Below, piece after piece: positions 36,476 to 45,001 of a DNA stretch of 64,000 bases (its first letter is position 1; every line of letters starts with the position of its first letter). A model generated the notes under the pieces. That model saw only the letters and a list, made by a program, of their open reading frames with translations. It made no database searches and was not told the DNA's origin. The DNA comes from Candidatus Curtissbacteria bacterium RIFOXYA1_FULL_41_14 (GTDB taxonomy: Bacteria > Patescibacteriota > Microgenomatia > Curtissbacterales > GWA2-41-24): contig MFCA01000025.1 in NCBI GenBank assembly GCA_001775095.1, positions 22,994-86,993 of the forward strand. Reading direction: 5' to 3'. The position numbers and the translations under genes were made by a program.

Positions 36476-36541
36476 ATGGGTCTTGACCGACACGCTCAGC
36501 TTTTTTCCCAGCAGGAAGTAAAGGTCGCTTTGGTTACTTAG
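36476..36541 (+). other. 21-codon leaderless micro-ORF or truncated gene start (MGLDRHAQLFSQQEVKVALVT*)
   Basis: TATAAT-N6-ATG; first codons repeated at 29216-29239. Confidence 0.4.
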
Positions 36542-37763
36542 TGAAATAGTGTTTAATTAAATTCCAAAGATCCGGATAGTCTTTGTCATATCCTAGGGTC
36601 CAGATAGCAATCCCTCCTAAATTATGTGTTTTTGCAAAATCAAACTTTATTTCAATTGATTTATTATCTTCTAACCAAACCTCTCTTTGAATTTTGTTTA
36701 AATCTGTGTAAGCACACCAGGTTGCTTTGGCCGTATCATCCCATTGACAGTTTTGGGGCTTCAGGTCTGTGTTTGTTCTGGCTCTCCCGTAAGAAATAAC
36801 CTCAGGATACCCATTTTCGTCATTTTGAGGAAGAACCTTACTTAGGGCGACAGTATTGTCTTCAACCGGATAATCCCAACCATAATAAGGAACTCCCATA
36901 ATCAATTTTTCTTTTGGCACCACTTTCTGGAAATCGTTGTAGGTGGTCTTAACATCGAAGAAGTAACTTGTTTGGTCGGCAGAAGGGTTGGCAATATAGC
37001 CAAAGATGGGGGCTACCGGACCGGCAAGGTCAGAAGAGCCTGAGTAGTAATCATAAGACATAACAATTACTTTATCGAAAAGCGGCGCCAGGGAAGCTAC
37101 ATCATTAAGCCTGGGTTTTTCGACAGATAAAGGGAAAAAATCTATGCTCAGCTCTGTTTTAGGAGATTGGGTTCTAAAAGTTGAGGTCAGCTCTTTAGCA
37201 AAATTGGTAAACTCGGATTGGTATTTATCATCCGGCTCTCCATCATATTCAAAATCAAGATTTAGTCCATCGATTTTATTTGACTTTACAATCTGGATCA
37301 GGTTACTGATAAGAGTCTTTTGAGCCGAAGGGTTATCAAGAAAGCTTTCCAAAGTTTTATTCTTTTGCATGGCAATAGTTAAACCAAATTTTGCCCCTGT
37401 GATTTGAGTTTTAGCAATTAAATTTTGGATTGTGGGAGAGCTCCACCACCTCCAGCCGGGATCAGTTTCATTGTTAACTATTTTAATAATTTGCCCATTC
37501 TCATCGACGCTTAAGCTGAAAAAGAAAACCTCTGATAAAAGATCAAAGTGCAGATATTTTGAATTATCTAAATTCCAATAGGGTAAAAATCCGACTACAT
37601 CTTTTTGCATCTTCGCATGAGAGTGACCTAAATTAGAAAGTATGTATTGTCCGGAAACTAAAGGAGAGACAGTAGGATAACGGAAGTGAAGATATAAGCC
37701 TATGCCAGTAAAAATCAAAAAGAGAGCAGGAAAAATATAAAAAAAGGCTTTTTTATCCACCAT
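36534..37763 (-). CDS. Membrane-anchored GH18 glycoside hydrolase
   Basis: DGLNLDFE, VMSYDY, GVPYYG, GIAIWTLG. Confidence 0.9.
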   Translation of the reverse strand: MVDKKAFFYIFPALFLIFTGIGLYLHFRYPTVSPLVSGQYILSNLGHSHAKMQKDVVGFLPYWNLDNSKYLHFDLLSEVFFFSLSVDENGQIIKIVNNETDPGWRWWSSPTIQNLIAKTQITGAKFGLTIAMQKNKTLESFLDNPSAQKTLISNLIQIVKSNKIDGLNLDFEYDGEPDDKYQSEFTNFAKELTSTFRTQSPKTELSIDFFPLSVEKPRLNDVASLAPLFDKVIVMSYDYYSGSSDLAGPVAPIFGYIANPSADQTSYFFDVKTTYNDFQKVVPKEKLIMGVPYYGWDYPVEDNTVALSKVLPQNDENGYPEVISYGRARTNTDLKPQNCQWDDTAKATWCAYTDLNKIQREVWLEDNKSIEIKFDFAKTHNLGGIAIWTLGYDKDYPDLWNLIKHYFTK

Positions 37764-37765
37764 TT

Positions 37766-38110
37766 TTAGTAACCTACATCCTTGTAAAACCTAAGCTGGT
37801 TGTTAAGTTCCCTGTTGAATGAATTTATAAAGCTTGTGGTTAGCCAAATTGTTAATAAAATTGAAATTATGGTTAGAAAAATCGCGGCAAGTCCAATTTT
37901 TTTTGATTTTTCATCCTGTTGTCTTAAATAACGAACGGCAGGCCAAAGTCCAAAAGGCGGAAGAAAAAAACTTATAACATAAACTGTCAACTGCCGTGAG
38001 AAGGTTGTGGACGGGGGTTTATCTTTTAGCTTCTTCCCGCACTGGTGGCAAAAATATTCTGTTGGTAAAATATTCTTATTACAGTTGGGACAAGTTAGTT
38101 GTAATTCCAT
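37766..38110 (-). CDS. Zinc-ribbon membrane protein
   Basis: CPNC...CHQCG followed by two TMs. Confidence 0.8.
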   Translation of the reverse strand: MELQLTCPNCNKNILPTEYFCHQCGKKLKDKPPSTTFSRQLTVYVISFFLPPFGLWPAVRYLRQQDEKSKKIGLAAIFLTIISILLTIWLTTSFINSFNRELNNQLRFYKDVGY

Positions 38111-38155
38111 ATCATGTCAATATTACTACATTTCTTGATATGTATAATGAAATCA

Positions 38156-38295
38156 ATAAACTTCCGAGGGCTAAAAGCCCTCGGTATTTGCTCTTCAAGT
38201 TTACATGAGAGAGCAGAATACCCTCGGAAGTATGTATTCGCTTTCGCATTCATCCGAGGATTAATAATCCTCGGTATTCTGCGAGCGAATATAAA
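38156..38295 (+). repeat. About 140-bp structured element, copy 2 (candidate ncRNA or leader)
   Basis: Starts 7 nt after TATAAT (38143-38148), ends 11 nt before ATG 38307. Confidence 0.88.
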
Positions 38296-38306
38296 ATCTA
38301 CTTGAC

Positions 38307-39863
38307 ATGAGCTATCTTGCTTCCCGAAAAAAAGTTTTGGCGCTTTTGTTGATTTTAGTGGTGTTTTATGTCTTTCAATTAAAATATTTACAGAAGAGCA
38401 TTTTTAACATTCAATTTGTAGATGAGGACGACAATTTTGTAACAGGTGCTTGGATACTACGGGGCCAAAAATTATATAAGGACATATTTTTTCAGCATCA
38501 GCCAACTGCAACATATATCAGTGCCACAGTACAAGAAATAACAAAGCCAAATAGTATCTTTCTTTTGGTTAAGCGTCATCGGGAGTTAATTTATCTTTAT
38601 TCTGCTGCCGCTTTTTTCTTCTTAACTCTAAGGTTTGGTTTTGCGGGCTTTGCGACAGCAGTACTATACGAGACAACTAAGTTCTATTTTTTGGGTAATT
38701 TATTTTTGGCTGAGACTCTCGTAATACCGCCGCTATTATTCGTGACCGGACTCATTCACGAAACAGTTTTCAAAAGAGAAAAATTATCCAGTAGACTTAA
38801 TTTGGCGGTAGCATTAATTTCGATAATCTTTATTCAATGGACCCTGTTACCCTTGGCTCCATTTGCAATAATATCTTTTGCCATTATTTGGTATTTATCT
38901 TCAAAACATTTGAGGAGTTTCTTTCTGAAATTCATAGGTATTTATATCCTACTTTTATCTTTCATTTTTCTTAAGTTATTCCCCATTTCTGGTTACCTCA
39001 AAGACACCGTATTTATAACTTCAACTCAAAATATTCCGGCAGAAGTTGGTCATCTGGGTATCTTTATTGCAAGATTTTTCTTTTATCCTTTATTTGCCAT
39101 TGATTTTCAAAACAGCGGATTTTTCCTTACATTTAAAGTTTTATCTATCTTCTTTGTAATTTCGCTTCTATTTCTTGTAAAAAGAAAGTGTAACCTTCTT
39201 GCTTTTCTTTCTGTTTTACTTTTTTGGCTTACAAATTTGCGGCCGGCCCCTTTTGGTCTTTTCTACAGCGGATTTCATTTGTTGCCAATGTATGTCGCCC
39301 TTCTCTGGCTCACCGTTTTAAATGCTAATTTTATAATTTTAAAATCAAATGGGAAAATTTCTAAAATATTAATTTCAAGTATTTTCTTTGGGACTTTAAT
39401 TTCGCTTTCTGCGATTTCGTACAAAAAAGAAATCACCACCACATTTGACAGGGAAAGTATTTTTTACACAAACTATTCACCCAGATTTGATTATGGAGAA
39501 GCTGTAAAACTTCTTTCTGAACCTCAGGATAAATTGATAGTCGGCTCCAGTGAGTCATTAATCTATTGGCAAAGCAAATTACTTCCTAGTTCGCCATTTT
39601 TCTATACTTACGCGTTTATGTATAAAAGTGATGCCTTGAAAAAGGAGGTAGGTGATAATTTTTCTAAAAGTTTACCAAAATTTTTCTATATTAATGGGGA
39701 TTTCGAGAATGACGCTATATATAGCAGTCAAGCAAACTATTACTCAAATGTGCTGCTTCGCGATAAACCTTCCAGACTTTATGTTTTAAAAAGCAAGTTA
39801 AAAGATATAACAGATGATAAATGGGAGGAAGTAAAAAGGTTAGGGTTTACTAAAAAGAAATAA
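38307..39863 (+). CDS. Polytopic membrane protein, GT-C (ArnT/PMT-like) glycosyltransferase candidate
   Basis: VDEDD loop, LYKDIFFQHQP, many TMs. Confidence 0.65.
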   Translation: MSYLASRKKVLALLLILVVFYVFQLKYLQKSIFNIQFVDEDDNFVTGAWILRGQKLYKDIFFQHQPTATYISATVQEITKPNSIFLLVKRHRELIYLYSAAAFFFLTLRFGFAGFATAVLYETTKFYFLGNLFLAETLVIPPLLFVTGLIHETVFKREKLSSRLNLAVALISIIFIQWTLLPLAPFAIISFAIIWYLSSKHLRSFFLKFIGIYILLLSFIFLKLFPISGYLKDTVFITSTQNIPAEVGHLGIFIARFFFYPLFAIDFQNSGFFLTFKVLSIFFVISLLFLVKRKCNLLAFLSVLLFWLTNLRPAPFGLFYSGFHLLPMYVALLWLTVLNANFIILKSNGKISKILISSIFFGTLISLSAISYKKEITTTFDRESIFYTNYSPRFDYGEAVKLLSEPQDKLIVGSSESLIYWQSKLLPSSPFFYTYAFMYKSDALKKEVGDNFSKSLPKFFYINGDFENDAIYSSQANYYSNVLLRDKPSRLYVLKSKLKDITDDKWEEVKRLGFTKKK

Positions 39864-39871
39864 CTTGTACC

Positions 39872-40639
39872 TTACGCAGTCCTGATTAACTGAAGCATTT
39901 GCGGGTGAAGTAAGCCGTTTGTGGCAAGAGATGTTTCGCCTAAAGCGTACTCATCACCTTTAAAATTGGAATATTTCCCTCCGGCTTGTTTGATAATTAT
40001 TTGGTATGCTGATATATCCCAAGCCTTCATCCCTATTTCAAAAAAGACGTCTGATCGACCAGTAGCAATAAGATGGTAGCCATAGGTATCGGCAAATCCC
40101 CGCATATTCAAAGCTTGTCTATCAACGGCTTTCACGATACTGGTAAATTTTGGGTTATCAAAATGATTTGGAGCGAAGTTTACAAAGGCCTTTTCAAGTT
40201 TTTTAATTTGGGAAACATGTATTGGTTTATTATTAAGAGTGGCTTTTTCAATGGATGAAGCAAATAAAAGTTCATCAATAGCAGGCATATTAGAGACGCC
40301 GAGTATTATTTTCCCCTGATGTTTTAAGCCAAGTACAGTTCCAAAGAAGCCTAAGCCGTGAATAAAATTCTTCGTGCCGTCAATCGGGTCTATAATCCAT
40401 ATAAATTCGGCGTTCTTCTTATCTTCCCCAAATTCCTCTCCCATAAAACCATGCGACGGGAAAGTTTTCCTTATTGTGGTTACAATTATTTCTTCTGCTT
40501 CCCTATCCGCTTTGGTAACAGGCGTACTGTCGGCTTTTGTTTCAACCTTTGGTTGATTTTTAAAATAATAAAGGATCCTTTTCTCTGCTTTCCATATAGC
40601 CTCAAGTGCTACCTTTTTGAATTCAGTAAGGTCATTCAT
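39872..40639 (-). CDS. Inositol monophosphatase family protein (HisN/SuhB-like)
   Basis: PVTKADREAE, GEE, WIIDPIDGTKNF, WDISA...AGG. Confidence 0.92.
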   Translation of the reverse strand: MNDLTEFKKVALEAIWKAEKRILYYFKNQPKVETKADSTPVTKADREAEEIIVTTIRKTFPSHGFMGEEFGEDKKNAEFIWIIDPIDGTKNFIHGLGFFGTVLGLKHQGKIILGVSNMPAIDELLFASSIEKATLNNKPIHVSQIKKLEKAFVNFAPNHFDNPKFTSIVKAVDRQALNMRGFADTYGYHLIATGRSDVFFEIGMKAWDISAYQIIIKQAGGKYSNFKGDEYALGETSLATNGLLHPQMLQLIRTA

Positions 40640-40688
40640 ATTTCAAATTGTACCAAATATTAATGTACCCTTCTGTTATAATTCGTTC

Positions 40689-40994
40689 ATGCAAATTACT
40701 TCCGAAATTAAGGATATATTTTCAACTAGAGATAAGGCTGTTGCAAAACAGGATGAAAAGCTCTTTTTGTCCACTCAAATTGCGGAGATTGAAGGTGGAT
40801 CGAGTGAAGGGTATCTGGATATAGACAAAATGAAAACAGAAGTGCTTTACGTCCTAAATGAGAGTGAAATTGAAAAAGTTGTTTTTGCTAAGGAAACCTA
40901 TCTGCCAAAGGGAAAAAAGTCACATCACGGCTTCATAATCTACTTTTTGACCAACACTGTCAAAGGTTGGAAGATTTACAAAGTTCGTTACTGA
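40689..40994 (+). CDS. Hypothetical protein, possibly NTF2-like
   Basis: TATAAT-N6-ATG; ends GWKIY. Confidence 0.6.
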   Translation: MQITSEIKDIFSTRDKAVAKQDEKLFLSTQIAEIEGGSSEGYLDIDKMKTEVLYVLNESEIEKVVFAKETYLPKGKKSHHGFIIYFLTNTVKGWKIYKVRY

Positions 40995-41044
40995 TTTAGG
41001 TGTATCTCGACTTTATTTGGAGAACGAGGTATATTTGATCTAGA

Positions 41045-41236
41045 ATGAAAAACGGAAAATGGAGAGGGCCGTGTACCCCAGGTGGAGGTGCAGTTTATGG
41101 ACTGGGCTTAATCGGCGCGCTGGTTTATTTCATCCAACAGTCAACTACGTTTGGACAGGGAGTTCTTGGTGTGTTAAAATCCATCGTCTGGCCGGCAATA
41201 CTGGTATACAAACTCCTTGAGCTTCTCCAATTATGA
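41045..41236 (+). CDS. Small membrane protein
   Basis: GAVYGLGLIGALVYF...KSIVWPA. Confidence 0.75.
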   Translation: MKNGKWRGPCTPGGGAVYGLGLIGALVYFIQQSTTFGQGVLGVLKSIVWPAILVYKLLELLQL

Positions 41237-41709
41237 TTCTTAAAATCATCTATTCAATATTTATTGGAGTTCTTTTTGCTGTGCTTGTTGGGGTTGGAAT
41301 TGCGGCGTTTTATCCTGAACCTAAGCCTCCCGAATACCCTTCCGCATTGAAAATTCCAAGAGAAGGAGGATTGAATCAACCGGTTTTTAACGAGTTGAAG
41401 GGGGAGCAGGAAGAATTCGATCGGCTTGAGAAAGCTTTTGAGCAGAATTTGGAAACCTATAACCGTAATGTTTCAATCATAGCAATAGTTGCTTCAATTA
41501 TTACCTTAGTAGTCAGCCTGACGCTTTTTGGCAAACTTCTTCTTATTGCTGACGGATTACTTCTCGGGGGCGTATTAACACTTCTTTATAGTATTATCCG
41601 GGGCTTTGGTAGCGGTAATAACAAGTTTCAATTTATTATAGTTTCTTTAAGTTTTACTGTTGCTCTTATTCTTGGATATATTAAACTAGCCAAACCTCCA
41701 AAAGCTTAG
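41233..41709 (+). CDS. Hypothetical membrane protein
   Basis: ATGA overlap; FYPEP, YNRNVS, GLLLGG. Confidence 0.75.
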   Translation: MILKIIYSIFIGVLFAVLVGVGIAAFYPEPKPPEYPSALKIPREGGLNQPVFNELKGEQEEFDRLEKAFEQNLETYNRNVSIIAIVASIITLVVSLTLFGKLLLIADGLLLGGVLTLLYSIIRGFGSGNNKFQFIIVSLSFTVALILGYIKLAKPPKA

Positions 41710-41736
41710 TTACCAAGAGATTGATGCATGTAAATT

Positions 41737-42036
41737 TCAGGGAGTGAATTTGATTTCCAGATGAGAATTAAGGGCTTGAGCTAATTTTTTAAGGAAACCA
41801 ATGGAAGGATTAGCCCTGCCCGATTCGAGTCTCGAAATAACTGATTGTTTTGTACCAAGTTTTTTAGCTAGTTCTTCTTGTGAAATGCCATTCATACTTC
41901 TTGCTCTGACAATAGCTCTAATTACTGCGAATTCCGGCTGTTGACGGTCGTACTCCGCTTTTAATTCAGGATCTTTTAAAACTTGCTTTTTCCAAGTATT
42001 AAAATCCAAATGTTTTCTGTCTTTAGGTTGAATCAT
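41737..42036 (-). CDS. XRE-family HTH antitoxin (HigA-like)
   Basis: SQEELAKKLGTKQSVISRLESGRANPS. Confidence 0.9.
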   Translation of the reverse strand: MIQPKDRKHLDFNTWKKQVLKDPELKAEYDRQQPEFAVIRAIVRARSMNGISQEELAKKLGTKQSVISRLESGRANPSIGFLKKLAQALNSHLEIKFTP

Positions 42037-42060
42037 ATTATAAGGATTATAGCATATATG

Positions 42061-42390
42061 CTATACTAATTCTCCCATCCTGTCAAGTGCGGTTTTCAAT
42101 TCTTTTGCTGGTGTTTTTTGAGACTTCTTTTTAAAAGCATGCAAAAGGTAATATTCCCCGTTTTTGATTGTATAAAAGATTCTAACTGCTACTTTCCCCG
42201 AAATCCGCAACTCATACAATTTATTTTTGACTTTTTTAATATAAGGTGGTTTCAGGTAAGGACCATCGGTTTCCAAAAGTTCAATAGCACCTATGAGCTT
42301 AGCATATGTCGGTTTATTCTGTTCGATCATAAAATCTTGAACAGGATAATTGCCTCTTGTGATTTGGAAGAATTTAACTTTCCATGCCAT
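42061..42390 (-). CDS. RelE/HigB (Gp49-like) toxin
   Basis: LYELR, RIFY, LLHAFKKKSQKTP; toxin-first order. Confidence 0.9.
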   Translation of the reverse strand: MAWKVKFFQITRGNYPVQDFMIEQNKPTYAKLIGAIELLETDGPYLKPPYIKKVKNKLYELRISGKVAVRIFYTIKNGEYYLLHAFKKKSQKTPAKELKTALDRMGELV

Positions 42391-42419
42391 GACTTTAGTC
42401 TAGCAAAAAACAAGTTATC

Positions 42420-43607
42420 TTAAGAGGTCAGGGTAAGATTTCGACTTCTTGTCAGAATTAACAAAGCAACGCTGCCGACCCCTGCAAAAATGGCTCCGTA
42501 GATAAAAACAGCCGAGTGACCGACTTTATCCCACAATTGTCCGGCAACAACACTTGCAATGAGTCCGGTTAAACCAACCGTTGTGTTATACCAGCCTACC
42601 CCGCTTGCCCTAAGCGCTTGAGGCACAAAATCGGTCGCGAATGCTTTACCGACAGAACGAAAGGTACCCTGATATAGACCGTACAGGGCAAAAAGTCCGG
42701 CTACAACCAGAATATTTCCGGTTATGGCGAAGCCGACATAGGTAGTAAAAAAGATAAGAAAGGCAGCAAGCAGTATATTTTTCCGGCCGAATTTGTCCGA
42801 CAAAAATCCTGAAGGGTAGGAAATCAGGGCTGCTATCAGGTTATATACCGCATAAATTAAGATGGTTGCCTCAAGTGAGACCCCCAGGCTTTTAGTCTGC
42901 AGAATCAGGAAAGCATTGCTTGAATTACCAATCCCAAAAAGCATAATCACAGAAAGGTATTTCCAATAATCTTTGGGGAACTGACGAAAGTTAACGTCAA
43001 GCTTGGCCTTTGATTTTACTTTGACTTTCCCCTCTTTAACAAACAGGATCATCAAAACTGCCAAAAGACCCGGTATTATTGCCAGGTAGAAAATATGGCG
43101 GATATCTACATGAAATGAAAAAAGGATAAGCACAGCAATTAAAGGGCCCAAAAATGCCCCCAAGTGATCCCCGATTCCTTCCAGCCCGAAGGCTTTGCCT
43201 CTGCTTCTTTCGTCTGCCGATGCGGCGATCAATGCGTCTCGAGGGGCTGAGCGAGTTCCGGTTCCTATTCTATCGATAGATCTAAAAGCTAAAACTGCCT
43301 GCCAAATTGTGGCCAATCCAATTAAAGGTTTGGAAATTGCTGCCAGAATATAACCAAAAAGAGCAATTGGTTTCCTTTTTTGAATTTTGTCCGATAAATA
43401 GCCTGAAGCCCCCTGAATAATATTTTGAGCGGCCTCGGCTATGCCTTCCACAATGCCGACAATACTGCCCCCGACTTTGAGGTTTTGGGTTAGGAAGATG
43501 GGCAACACAGGATAAAGCATTTCTGTGGAAATATCGGCAAATAAACTGGCAAAAGCCAAAAGAAAAGTATTTTTTGATAGTCCACGAAAATATTTTTTAG
43601 CTAACAT
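42420..43607 (-). CDS. MFS transporter
   Basis: GYLSDKIQKRK, RSAPRDALI, LSDKFGRK; about 12 TMs. Confidence 0.92.
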   Translation of the reverse strand: MLAKKYFRGLSKNTFLLAFASLFADISTEMLYPVLPIFLTQNLKVGGSIVGIVEGIAEAAQNIIQGASGYLSDKIQKRKPIALFGYILAAISKPLIGLATIWQAVLAFRSIDRIGTGTRSAPRDALIAASADERSRGKAFGLEGIGDHLGAFLGPLIAVLILFSFHVDIRHIFYLAIIPGLLAVLMILFVKEGKVKVKSKAKLDVNFRQFPKDYWKYLSVIMLFGIGNSSNAFLILQTKSLGVSLEATILIYAVYNLIAALISYPSGFLSDKFGRKNILLAAFLIFFTTYVGFAITGNILVVAGLFALYGLYQGTFRSVGKAFATDFVPQALRASGVGWYNTTVGLTGLIASVVAGQLWDKVGHSAVFIYGAIFAGVGSVALLILTRSRNLTLTS

Positions 43608-43681
43608 TTTAGATATGCATATCGTAACATTTTTTGTTATTTAACTTCTTCTTGTATAATGAGGGGCACGTTCCGCACGTC

Positions 43682-43791
43682 TGTCATTCTGGCCCTTCGG
43701 TCTTGAGCTCAGGGTCGAAAGGCTTGTCCAGAATCCATATCTTGATTAGATTCTGGAGTCGTCGAGTCAGACTCGACTCCCCAGAATGACA
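43682..43791. repeat. GTCAT-ended palindrome with nested 30-bp unit (43693-43722), upstream of dxr
   Basis: TGTCATTCTGG/CCAGAATGACA ends; gtcgagtc-a-gactcgac hairpin. Confidence 0.92.
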
Positions 43792-43822
43792 AATGGGAAA
43801 TCGTGATGACAAAAAGTACAGC

Positions 43823-45001
43823 ATGAAAAATATTGCACTTTTAGGATCAACAGGTTCTATCGGTACCCAAACACTTGATGTCGTTAGTCAATTCCCCGGT
43901 TCCTTCAAAGTCACAGGCCTTGCTGCGGGTTCAAATATACAGCTATTAAAACAACAGGTTTCTAAATTTCACCCAAAGGAGATTTCAGTTAAAGACGAAG
44001 GGGATGCCGCGATATTGCAGAAAGATTTTAAAAAGGACAATTTGAAGGTTTATTTCGGTGACGAGGGTATTGTAAGAGTCGCAACCAATCCAAGAGTTGA
44101 GACAGTCGCGGTGGCAACTTCGGGCCTAGCCGGTATTAAGCCGACTCTTGCCGCAATTAGGGCGCACAAAACCGTGGCTTTAGCAACTAAAGAAGTTTTA
44201 GTCTCGGCAGGTAGTGTCGTGATAACCGAAATCAAAAAAAAGAAAGTTAAGCTTCTGCCTATAGATTCTGAGCACAGCGCAATTTTTCAATGCTTGGAAG
44301 GTAAAAGCACCCAAGAAATAGCCACAATATATTTAACATGTTCGGGCGGGCCCTTCCGTACAAAAACTTTCAAAGAATTAAAAAACGTGAAGGCTAGCCA
44401 AGCTCTTAAACACCCTACCTGGAATATGGGCAAGAAGATAACTATTGATAGTGCAACTCTGATGAATAAGGGTTTTGAGATTATTGAAGCGATGTGGTTA
44501 TTTAAAGTTCCACTGGCCAAAATTAAAGTTATTGTCCATCCGCAAAGCGTCATCCATTCGGCCGTAGAATTTGTCGATGGGTCGATTATCGCCCAACTTG
44601 GTCCTGCCGATATGCGCCTGCCTATTCAACATGCTCTTTTCTATCCCCATGAAAGAAGACCGAATAATTTCAAACGCTTCAGATTTAGCGACTATCCAGC
44701 TCTTTCTTTTGAAGAACTGGATTTAGACAAATTTCCATGTCTGGCACTCGCTTACCAAGCGGCAAGACTTGGTGGTACCTGTTGTGCTGTTTTAACAGCA
44801 GCAAATGACGTAGCTGTTGAGGCGTTTTTAAAGGATGAACTATCCTTTTATGGTATACCCAGGGTTATCGAAACGACCCTGGCAAAGCATCGCAACAAAA
44901 AGCGTCCTAAAATCGAAGAAATTTTAGAAAGCGATCTTTGGGCAAGAAAGACAGCAGGGCAACTTGTTAAAATTTCAGGCCGAGGATTTGGCCGCAGGTA
45001 G
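43823..45001 (+). CDS. dxr: 1-deoxy-D-xylulose 5-phosphate reductoisomerase
   Basis: LGSTGSIGTQTLDV, LPIDSEHSAIFQ, HPTWNMGKKITIDSATLMNKG, DMRLPI. Confidence 0.96.
   Translation: MKNIALLGSTGSIGTQTLDVVSQFPGSFKVTGLAAGSNIQLLKQQVSKFHPKEISVKDEGDAAILQKDFKKDNLKVYFGDEGIVRVATNPRVETVAVATSGLAGIKPTLAAIRAHKTVALATKEVLVSAGSVVITEIKKKKVKLLPIDSEHSAIFQCLEGKSTQEIATIYLTCSGGPFRTKTFKELKNVKASQALKHPTWNMGKKITIDSATLMNKGFEIIEAMWLFKVPLAKIKVIVHPQSVIHSAVEFVDGSIIAQLGPADMRLPIQHALFYPHERRPNNFKRFRFSDYPALSFEELDLDKFPCLALAYQAARLGGTCCAVLTAANDVAVEAFLKDELSFYGIPRVIETTLAKHRNKKRPKIEEILESDLWARKTAGQLVKISGRGFGRR

Noticed and set aside
36968-36995. NPSADQ segment of the GH18 gene as a repeat insertion
   Set aside because: GC-rich but no convincing palindrome or second copy.
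41737-42390. Tail-duplication boundaries around the HigBA-like pair
   Set aside because: No flanking direct repeat found by eye; treated as an ordinary TA locus.
27240-43607. Prophage or classical integrative element
   Set aside because: No integrase, transposase, replication or structural genes in the window.
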